This document shows, in pieces, positions 8,328-14,468 of a stretch of DNA of 14,468 nucleotides (the stretch's first letter is position 1; the number at the start of each line of letters is the position of its first letter). The position numbers were made by a program, and so were the translations under genes. This DNA comes from Candidatus Micrarchaeia archaeon (GTDB lineage Archaea; Micrarchaeota; Micrarchaeia; Micrarchaeales; CABMGC01), in contig JBMFUT010000017.1 of NCBI GenBank assembly GCA_049966395.1, positions 1-14,468 on the forward strand, read 5' to 3'. The notes below the pieces were generated by a model. That model was not told where the DNA came from, did no database searches, and saw only the letters and a list, made by a program, of their open reading frames with translations.

Positions 8328-8903
8328 ATGCCAAAGATTGTTCTCGTGATAGGCACCCCCGGTGCAGGAAAAACCACAATAATGAACGGGGTTACTGAAA
8401 GCAAGAGCATCAAAAGCTACAAAGTAGTCAACATGGGCACCGAAATGCTCAAGAGGATAAACAAGCACATGGAGCGCGACAGCATAAGGAGCAAGCTAAG
8501 CAGCGCCGAGATAATGAAAATCCGAGCAGGAGTCCTGGAAAGCATAAACCGCATGAAGGGAAACATAGCAATAGACACACACGCTTCGGTGAAGACGGCA
8601 AACAAAATAATACCAGGATTCTCTTTTGCCGAGCTGGCAAAGCTCGACAAGGTAGTTTCAATACTTTACATAGATGCGCCAGCGCGAGAAATATACGCCA
8701 GGCGCCTCAATGACAACTCTAGGAAGCGGGAGAGGGAGAGTCTATCAGAGATAAAGTTGCACCAAGAAATAAATTTCTCCTTCGCAATAGCGTATTCCGC
8801 CGCGCTCAATGTGCCTATTTACATACTTGAAAACAGGCAGGACATGGTGAGCAAGGCAATAAAGGAAGCTAGCGACATACTAAAGACATCTTTCGGTGAG
8901 TAA
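8328..8903 (+). CDS. adkA: Archaeal adenylate kinase
   Basis: P-loop GTPGAGKTT, VVNMG, the DTH motif and RRLNDNSRKRE. It sits in the conserved context upstream of DUF106-L34e-cmk-L14e. Confidence 0.9.
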   Translation: MPKIVLVIGTPGAGKTTIMNGVTESKSIKSYKVVNMGTEMLKRINKHMERDSIRSKLSSAEIMKIRAGVLESINRMKGNIAIDTHASVKTANKIIPGFSFAELAKLDKVVSILYIDAPAREIYARRLNDNSRKRERESLSEIKLHQEINFSFAIAYSAALNVPIYILENRQDMVSKAIKEASDILKTSFGE

Positions 8904-9378
8904 TTTGTCAGCTGTAGGCATAGAAATATTTGCAGCAAGCATAATATACGTGGCAGTTTCAGTGTTCCTTCAGCGCAAGCTTTCAGACATGAAGAAAGTG
9001 TACGCCATACAGGAGGAGACAAAAATAAAATCGAAGGAACTTAACGACCTTGCCAAGGCAAACGCCAGCAAGGAGGAAATGATGAAAAAGCAGCAGGAGC
9101 TAATGGCTCTTGTCCAGCAGAGCATGAGAGCCCAGATAAAGCCCATGCTTGTAATACTGCCATTGTTCTTTGTAGTGTACTACGTACTTCTGCCTTATGC
9201 ATTTGCCGGCCAGCAATTCGTGTTCTACTTGATGGGCATGAAGCTCGGCTACAAGCTCTTTTTCATATTCGTGGCTTTCGTGCTGGGCTTCGCGTCTTCA
9301 ATAGCCTTCATGATCTATGACAGGATGAAAATAGCAAAGGAGCGGCAGAAGGAAGCCGCTGCGCAGCAGGTGCAGTAG
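8896..9378 (+). CDS. DUF106 / EMC3-TMCO1 (Oxa1 superfamily) membrane protein
   Basis: Architecture of one TM, a cytoplasmic coiled coil (KQQELMALVQQSMRAQIKPML), then two TMs. It lies between adkA and rpl34e, with a GTG start overlapping the adkA end. Confidence 0.85.
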   Translation: MSNLSAVGIEIFAASIIYVAVSVFLQRKLSDMKKVYAIQEETKIKSKELNDLAKANASKEEMMKKQQELMALVQQSMRAQIKPMLVILPLFFVVYYVLLPYAFAGQQFVFYLMGMKLGYKLFFIFVAFVLGFASSIAFMIYDRMKIAKERQKEAAAQQVQ

Positions 9379-9427
9379 ATTTTTATATGCGATGCCAGTA
9401 TAAATTCATACTTATAAGGGTGTTTTA

Positions 9428-9754
9428 TTGCCAAAACCAATGCACAGGTCAAGGAGCTTCAGGAGGCTCGACAAGGTGACTCCTAAGAAGCGCCACGTGA
9501 TACACTACAAAAGAAAGGCGTCGTCTCTGCCGCACTGCGCAATATGTGGCAAGGAGCTCAACGGCATACCAGGAAGGAACAAGCTCGAAGGAAAGTCGCT
9601 TAGGACCAACTCGAGGATATTTGGGGGCGTGCTGTGCGCCAGCTGCGCATCGCGCGTCATAAAGCTTGCCAGTAGAGTGGAGAACGGCGAACTGAGACTC
9701 ACAGACATAAGCGTAAGGGACAAGGAATACGTTTTGCAGATGGTATCCCACTGA
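9428..9754 (+). CDS. rpl34e: 50S ribosomal protein L34e
   Basis: MPKPMHRSRSFRR..VTP, CAICG.ELNG and RIFGGVLCASC. TTG start after a GGGTG SD-like sequence. Confidence 0.93.
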   Translation: MPKPMHRSRSFRRLDKVTPKKRHVIHYKRKASSLPHCAICGKELNGIPGRNKLEGKSLRTNSRIFGGVLCASCASRVIKLASRVENGELRLTDISVRDKEYVLQMVSH

Positions 9755-9764
9755 AGATGTTCAC

Positions 9765-10328
9765 ATGCTCTCGATAATAATATCAGGCATGCCTGCGGTA
9801 GGAAAAACGACGGCCGCGAACCTGCTCGCGCAGGAACTGGGCTTGAAGGTTATTGGAGGCGGGGACATACTGAAAGAGATGGCACGCGATAGGGGTTACG
9901 ATCCGAAGGACGAAACGTGGTGGGACACAGACGAAGGCATAAGCTTCCTGAGGGAACGCGAAGTCAATCCCGAATTCGACAAAGAAGCAGACAGGAGGCT
10001 TCTGCAAAAGATAAAGCAGGGCAACGTCATTGTCACGAGCTACACCGCCCCTTGGATATCAAAGGTGGGCTTCAAGGTTTGGCTTGACGGGAGCCTGGAA
10101 AAGCGCACTGAAAGAATGGCAAAGAGAGACAACATAAGCCTAGAAGAATGCAGGGCGAAGATAATAGTAAGAGACAAGGAAAACTACGAACTTTACAAAA
10201 GGCACTACGGCATAGAGTTCGGCACAGACAAAAAGCCTTTCGACATGGTTATAAACACAGACAACCTCACAGCAAGGCAAGTGGCCGATGCGATACTTGA
10301 AAAGATGAAAGAAACTGGAATATGGTGA
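9765..10328 (+). CDS. cmk: Archaeal cytidylate kinase
   Basis: ISGMPAVGKTT P-loop, GGDILKEMA, FDKEAD, KVWL, RMAKRD and YGI..D...FDMVINT. It lies between rpl34e and rpl14e. Confidence 0.9.
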   Translation: MLSIIISGMPAVGKTTAANLLAQELGLKVIGGGDILKEMARDRGYDPKDETWWDTDEGISFLREREVNPEFDKEADRRLLQKIKQGNVIVTSYTAPWISKVGFKVWLDGSLEKRTERMAKRDNISLEECRAKIIVRDKENYELYKRHYGIEFGTDKKPFDMVINTDNLTARQVADAILEKMKETGIW

Positions 10329-10332
10329 TTTT

Positions 10333-10551
10333 TTGGCACTGGTAGAAATAGGAAGAATATGCGTAAAAAAATACGGAAGGGATGCAGGCAGCAAGGCGGT
10401 AATCACTAAGGTGATAGACAAGAATTTTGTCAATGTTATAACTTCCGAAAGGAAGAAGGAACGCAGGTGCAACATAAGGCATCTTGAGCTGCTTGACCAG
10501 AAGATAGATATAAAAGACAAGGCCGCCGTTGACAAAGTGCTAAAAGAATGA
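10333..10551 (+). CDS. rpl14e: 50S ribosomal protein L14e
   Basis: EIGRICVKKYGRDAGSKAVITKVIDKNFV...RRCNIRHLE (KOW motif). TTG start after GGTGA. Confidence 0.95.
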   Translation: MALVEIGRICVKKYGRDAGSKAVITKVIDKNFVNVITSERKKERRCNIRHLELLDQKIDIKDKAAVDKVLKE

Positions 10552-10590
10552 GCGTAAATACCGACAAGGGCAACACATAAATTACTTGTT

Positions 10591-11922
10591 GTGGTATTGT
10601 TATTCGTGGCTAAAATAAAAATAGGGAAGAAAGCGCTCGGCGTAATAGGCAGAGACAAAAAGGTAATGCTCACTACTACCAGGGAATCCTATCCTTTCGT
10701 TGCAGATCGCGGAGACGGGGATTTCGTCTACGACATAGAGGGCAACAAATTCATAGACTTCTCTAGCTTCATAGCAGTTTACGACCTCGGGGTCAATGCC
10801 AATTCCTATGTCAGATCTGCCATAAAAAGTCAGGTTGACAGACTGATGCATTCTGCATTTACCGATTACTATTCAGAGATGCCTGTTCGCTTTGCGGAGC
10901 GGCTTATCAAGATGTTTCCGAAGGGCTTTGGCAGGGTTTTCTTCTCCAACTCCGGCACAGAGGCTAACGAAGCCGCCCTTAAATTTTCAAAAGTTTTCAC
11001 AAAGAGGCAATATTCAATCGCTTTCTACAACGCTTTCCATGGCAGGACAATGGGCTCCCTTGGGCTTACGGCTTCCAAGAGCGTTCAGCGGGAAGGCTTT
11101 GGGCCGTTCAATTCTACAATACACGTGCCATTTGCATATTGCTACAGGTGCCCTTTCAAGCAGGAGTACCCTTCATGCGGCCTTGCCTGCGTCGATTACA
11201 TCAAGAAATACCCGCTTGGAAAGGAGGTTTCGCCAAGCGAGGTTTCGGCGATTTTCATAGAACCTATACAAGGAGAGGGCGGCTACATAGTGCCTCCTAA
11301 GGATTTCTTCAAGGAGATAAGGAAAATAGCAAGCGACAATGGCATCCTTCTTGTTGACGACGAAGTACAAGCAGGGTATATGAGGACAGGCAAGTTTCTT
11401 GCCTTAGACAACTTCGGAGTAGAAGCCGATATATACACAATGGCGAAGGCACTTGGCGGCGGGCTTCCAATAGGCGCTACAATAACAAGAAAGTCGCTGG
11501 GCGACATACCTTCTGGTTCGCATGCAAATACCTTCGGCGGCAACCTCGTTTCGATAGCCGCAGCAAACGCCTCTTTGGAATACATGATGGCTAACGAGTC
11601 CAGGATAAGAAATGCCGTTCGTTCAAACGGCGCCTACATAATGAAGAGGCTAAACAAGATGAAGGATGATTACGAGATAGTCGGAGATGTAAGGGGAATA
11701 GGAATGATGATTGGCATTGAAATAGTCAAGGACAAGAAATCCAAGGATTACGGAATAGAGGAAAGGGAAAAGATACTCAACAATTCCTTCTACAACGGTC
11801 TGCTCCTTTTGCCAGCGGGCGCGTCATCGATAAGGATAATTCCTCCTCTTACCATAAAGAAAAGCAGCCTAGAGGCAGGGATGGACATACTGGAAGACTC
11901 CATAAGAAACGCTAACAAGTGA
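10591..11922 (+). CDS. Class III PLP-dependent aminotransferase (acetylornithine/4-aminobutyrate aminotransferase family); start may be GTG 10606
   Basis: DIEGNKFIDF, FSNSGTEANEAALK, FHGRTMG, EPIQGEGGY, DEVQAGYMRTG, MAKALGGGLPIGA (PLP lysine), HANTFGGN and DVRGIGMMIG. The substrate cannot be assigned from sequence. Confidence 0.93.
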   Translation: MVLLFVAKIKIGKKALGVIGRDKKVMLTTTRESYPFVADRGDGDFVYDIEGNKFIDFSSFIAVYDLGVNANSYVRSAIKSQVDRLMHSAFTDYYSEMPVRFAERLIKMFPKGFGRVFFSNSGTEANEAALKFSKVFTKRQYSIAFYNAFHGRTMGSLGLTASKSVQREGFGPFNSTIHVPFAYCYRCPFKQEYPSCGLACVDYIKKYPLGKEVSPSEVSAIFIEPIQGEGGYIVPPKDFFKEIRKIASDNGILLVDDEVQAGYMRTGKFLALDNFGVEADIYTMAKALGGGLPIGATITRKSLGDIPSGSHANTFGGNLVSIAAANASLEYMMANESRIRNAVRSNGAYIMKRLNKMKDDYEIVGDVRGIGMMIGIEIVKDKKSKDYGIEEREKILNNSFYNGLLLLPAGASSIRIIPPLTIKKSSLEAGMDILEDSIRNANK

Positions 11923-11926
11923 TTTT

Positions 11927-12085
11927 TTGGTTTCATATGACGGGAAATACTACATGTGCGACATATGCAAGCTGCACTATGCCAAGAAGGAAGATGCGGA
12001 AATGTGCGAGAAATGGTGCTCCACGCACAACGCGTGCAACCTTGAAATAACCAGGCGTTCAATAGAGAGAAGCGGACAACATTAA
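11927..12085 (+). CDS. 52-aa Cys/His-rich zinc-finger-like mini-protein (not in the ORF track)
   Basis: Manual translation gives MVSYDGKYYMCDICKLHYAKKEDAEMCEKWCSTHNACNLEITRRSIERSGQH*, with pattern CxxC-x12-CxxWCxxHxxC. The TTG start has the same GTGATTTTTTGG context as rpl14e, and the ORF fills the gap exactly up to the convergent pilin stop. Confidence 0.8.
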   Translation: MVSYDGKYYMCDICKLHYAKKEDAEMCEKWCSTHNACNLEITRRSIERSGQH

Positions 12086-12549
12086 TTTACCTTTGCCACT
12101 ATTTTTCCTGGGGCGGTCTGCTGGAAGCCTGTAATATCATCAGTGTAATTTATTTTTATGTTACCAGTGAAAAGAGTGCCGGGAGAGAGCGCAGTCGGAG
12201 AGCAAATAATACTCACGTAGCTGCCGCTCCCAGAAGCTACGTACACCTGGTTGGAAGGCGGATTGTAAGGTGGCTGCATGGTGATTACACCGCTTGCCTG
12301 TGCACACCCGACCGCTGTAATATTCATAGGATCCTGCATTGAGTTCACTATCTGCACTGAAAGGGTGCCGTTTGAGTACAAGAAAAAGTTGCTGCAAGAG
12401 AGGCCTGAAGGCAGAGTGCACGATGGAGTCACGAAGGCATTGGGACTGAAAACCCCGCTGGCTACAAGCGTCGCGAAGACTATGGCTATGATGAGTAGCG
12501 CCCAGCCATACGTCATGAGGTATTCCATTGCTGATTGTGCTCTCTCCAT
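12082..12549 (-). CDS. Type IV pilin-like protein with class III signal peptide
   Basis: MERA|QSAMEYLMTYGWALLIIAIVFATLVASGVF (basic residue, A|Q cleavage site, E at +5, hydrophobic helix), four Cys and N-x-S/T sequons (NGT, NIT, NYT). The start is reassigned from 12609 to ATG 12549. Confidence 0.88.
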   Translation of the reverse strand: MERAQSAMEYLMTYGWALLIIAIVFATLVASGVFSPNAFVTPSCTLPSGLSCSNFFLYSNGTLSVQIVNSMQDPMNITAVGCAQASGVITMQPPYNPPSNQVYVASGSGSYVSIICSPTALSPGTLFTGNIKINYTDDITGFQQTAPGKIVAKVN

Positions 12550-12644
12550 GTAACTGCAATAGCATTGCTGAAACAAAAGATATAAACTTTGTCGTGAAAT
12601 TAGCATCAATGATCTATTCGTTGAGAGTGGCGCTGATAAAGCGG

Positions 12645-12896
12645 ATGAAAATCACGCGCTTCCAAAAGAGCGTGCTCATTGCTGCTTCGCGCATACCTAT
12701 GGGAAAAACAATGACGTACAAGGAGCTTGCGGCAAGCATAGGCAAGCCTAGCGCGAGTAGGGCTGTAGGCGCCGCGCTGCACAGGAATCCGCTGCCAATA
12801 ATAATACCTTGCCACAGGGTCGTTGCCTCGAACGGCCCAGGCGGCTACTCTCTTGGCACCGCGACGAAAAAGCTTCTTCTTTTCTTCAAGCTCTAG
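12645..12896 (+). CDS. ogt: Minimal O6-methylguanine-DNA methyltransferase (MGMT/Ogt C-terminal domain only); alternative start 12609
   Basis: FQKSV...IPMGKTMTYKELA..IGKPSASRAVG.AL.RNPLPIIIPCHRVV...GGY, including the active-site PCHRV. Confidence 0.88.
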   Translation: MKITRFQKSVLIAASRIPMGKTMTYKELAASIGKPSASRAVGAALHRNPLPIIIPCHRVVASNGPGGYSLGTATKKLLLFFKL

Positions 12897-13227
12897 CTGC
12901 AACAGAGTAAACTCCCCTGCTGACTCCTATGCGCGCCTGCACGACGCTCCTGACAGTTGCGATGCCAGATCTCGTGAGCTCCAAAGGCCTATACTGCTCC
13001 CCTTTCTCTGCGAAATCAACCATGCCTTTTTGCTTAAGCTTCTTAAGCGTGTACCAGACGCCGCTCCTCGAGAAGCCATACTTATCTGACACGTAGTCTA
13101 CAAATGCTGTAGCGGAAGTTATGTGATCAAGGCCTATTTCTGACACAAGTATTTCTTCCTTTTGAGAGCACTGCTGCCGCTGTCTCTCTTTCTTGATTTC
13201 TAATAAGTGTTGTTTTATTGCATGCAT
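12886..13227 (-). CDS. Winged helix-turn-helix DNA-binding protein (putative transcription regulator)
   Basis: Helix-turn-helix/wing pattern VSDKYGFSRSGVWYTLKKLKQKGMVDF...LELTRSG. SD AAGGTG lies 5 nt before the ATG. Confidence 0.7.
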   Translation of the reverse strand: MHAIKQHLLEIKKERQRQQCSQKEEILVSEIGLDHITSATAFVDYVSDKYGFSRSGVWYTLKKLKQKGMVDFAEKGEQYRPLELTRSGIATVRSVVQARIGVSRGVYSVAARA

Positions 13228-13354
13228 AAAAGCACCTTAAAAAAGAGTTAAAGACCGCTTTTATGCAGCAACGAGCACAAATGTGCTATAATTGCTTGTG
13301 CAGCTGCAGCTAGCCCTAATTGGCATATCCCACTTTATTGTGTGCTGCTGCATA
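13223..13354 (-). promoter_or_regulatory. Structured 5' leader with overlapping, mutually exclusive inverted repeats (attenuator-like)
   Basis: An 11-bp perfect IR at 13223-13233/13257-13267 contains the wHTH ATG. A 9+5-bp IR (13262-13270 and 13275-13279 with 13341-13354) shares the 13262-13267 segment. Confidence 0.5.
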
Positions 13355-13371
13355 CCGCAATCATCCTGCAT
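13261..13371 (-). CDS. Putative leader peptide/uORF (36 aa from ATG 13371, or 30 aa from ATG 13353) upstream of the wHTH gene
   Basis: MQDDCGMQQHTIKWDMPIRASCSCTSNYSTFVLVAA*. An SD-like GGATGAT lies 6 nt before ATG 13353, and the ORF sits between a BRE/TATA and the wHTH start. Confidence 0.4.
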   Translation of the reverse strand: MQDDCGMQQHTIKWDMPIRASCSCTSNYSTFVLVAA

Positions 13372-13413
13372 TGGCTTAGAAAAGCCTCTATGTATTATTC
13401 TTGTATCTGGTAA

Positions 13414-13430
13414 CCTTTTTAAATCTTTTC
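13414..13430 (-). promoter_or_regulatory. Putative BRE + TATA promoter for the leader/wHTH transcript
   Basis: The - strand reads GAAAAGA-TTTAAAAAGG, a purine-rich BRE directly followed by TTTAAAAA. Confidence 0.55.
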
Positions 13431-13466
13431 TGCAAATTCGTTAATCATTCATGTGTTTTGGCGCCA

Positions 13467-13482
13467 GAAAAGCATATTATAA
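13467..13482 (+). promoter_or_regulatory. Putative BRE + TATA promoter for the prepilin peptidase (leaderless mRNA)
   Basis: GAAAAGCATATTATAA ends 22 nt before ATG 13505. Confidence 0.5.
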
Positions 13483-13504
13483 TTGACACCCAATATCTGT
13501 TTGC

Positions 13505-14365
13505 ATGTACCTTTACGCTTTAAGGATAATCTTGCTGCTGTCAATAGCCTCGCTCTACGCTATATACGATGTGTACAACAAGCGCAATGTGCCTGAAGTT
13601 TTCGTGTATTCGTGCTTTGCCATAGGCATCGCGCTGACGCTTACTCTAGCACCAAGCGTTGCCGTGTTGAGCATACTAATTGCAGTGGCGATCCTTGCAA
13701 TAGGATACCTACTTTACAAAGCCGGCCAGCTTGGCCTGGGTGACAGTTTCGAATTTGCGACAATCTCCCTAATACTGCCAATACAGCAGTCAGCGCTGCT
13801 TTCTAGCAACAACCAATTCGGAATGCCCTTCATAGTGTCGGTATTTATAGCAACCGGAATAGCCACCTTGATCTCAGTGCCAATATACTACCTGCTTTTT
13901 GCGGGAAACGCCTCCGGCTATAAGGATTCAAAGATCAATGCTGCAAGCATAATAAAGGGCCTGGCATTGCTGCTGGCATACATTACGCTTTTCTTTTTCA
14001 TAACATTTTTCTTCGGCTTCAGGGTCGTATCTCTTGTGTTGATACTGGTTCTTGCAATTCCATCGGCAATTCTCGGAATATACGAGCAGCGCATAAACCT
14101 ACGGATGATAAATTTCGTTTATCCTAGCATGCTTGATGAGGGTGACATAATAGCCACCAACCTTATGAGCGATTCAGACATAAATTATTTCAAGAGGATT
14201 TCGAGCAATTTCGGCAAGCTCGCCACTAAGAACCTTATAGCCAAAATAAAAAATTCACGGAAGAAGCTGCCTGTATACAAGGCCGCAGTTCCTCTTGCCC
14301 TTTTTATCCTGATAGGCACTATAATATCAATCCTGTTTGGCGACGTTCTGCTCTTCCTGCTTTAG
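13505..14365 (+). CDS. A24-family prepilin/preflagellin peptidase (PibD/FlaK/EppA-like)
   Basis: First catalytic Asp in YAIYDVYNKRNVP, GxGD motif LGLGD, multiple TMs and C-terminal 'LDEGD...VYKAAVPLALFILIG'. Confidence 0.88.
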   Translation: MYLYALRIILLLSIASLYAIYDVYNKRNVPEVFVYSCFAIGIALTLTLAPSVAVLSILIAVAILAIGYLLYKAGQLGLGDSFEFATISLILPIQQSALLSSNNQFGMPFIVSVFIATGIATLISVPIYYLLFAGNASGYKDSKINAASIIKGLALLLAYITLFFFITFFFGFRVVSLVLILVLAIPSAILGIYEQRINLRMINFVYPSMLDEGDIIATNLMSDSDINYFKRISSNFGKLATKNLIAKIKNSRKKLPVYKAAVPLALFILIGTIISILFGDVLLFLL

Positions 14366-14468
14366 CAATACAAGCTAGAATTTAGCGCCGTCTAAGGTCA
14401 GGCGTGTGACATACTAGCAACAGCACCTAATTTCGCCATTTTGCCTTTTTCAATTAAGTATTTAACAA

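Noticed and set aside
12550..12609. ORF-track N-terminal extensions of the pilin (from 12609) and MGMT (from 12528)
   Set aside because: They overlap each other across a shared TATA-like element (GATATAAA, 12579-12586). The class III signal peptide implies a start at 12549.
655..12902. Numerous antisense or alternate-frame ORFs in the track (e.g. 1793-2236, 2476-2931, 5611-6102, 7016-7447, 10140-10673, 12161-12565, 12606-12902)
   Set aside because: They lie largely or wholly within well-supported genes and have no recognisable motifs, so they are shadow ORFs.
13261..13300. uORF C-terminus NYSTFVLVAA* resembles an ssrA/tmRNA degradation tag
   Set aside because: No tRNA-like domain (GGGG 5' end, T-arm, CCA) is visible, tmRNA is not known in archaea, and the Ala codons are explained by the hairpin sequence.
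14366..14468. Right-end sequence examined for a tRNA, repeat or gene start
   Set aside because: No cloverleaf or repeat, and only a 13-codon - strand ORF. It is probably terminator or promoter sequence for a gene outside the window.
1..14468. CRISPR arrays, IS elements, integrases, rRNA/tRNA, inteins
   Set aside because: I saw no regularly spaced repeats, transposase or integrase motifs, RNA-gene signatures or intein-like insertions.

Overview
Archaeal chromosomal segment. A DPANN, most likely Micrarchaeota-like, origin is inferred from the 'RAQSAMEYLMTYGWA' class III signal peptide, an 'NSQSSATP.LFQQM' surface-protein motif and compact gene packing. From left to right it holds: the 5' part of a DUF2341-like surface-protein gene running off the left edge (-); an oligosaccharyltransferase AglB with an unusual N-terminal extension; a GT4 glycosyltransferase; a stand-alone SINGLE-repeat (half-size) TATA-binding protein; a malic enzyme; a thermosome subunit; the conserved adkA-DUF106-rpl34e-cmk-rpl14e block; a class III PLP aminotransferase; a 52-aa Cys/His mini-protein missed by the ORF track; a type IV pilin-like protein; a minimal MGMT; a winged-helix protein; and an A24 prepilin peptidase. 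The two strongest novelty candidates are (i) the half-TBP with intact DNA-binding residues and (ii) an attenuator-like 5' leader on the wHTH gene, where a uORF and mutually exclusive hairpins could hide or expose its SD and start codon. No rRNA, tRNA, CRISPR array or mobile element was recognised. All family calls come from motif recognition by eye; no searches were run.
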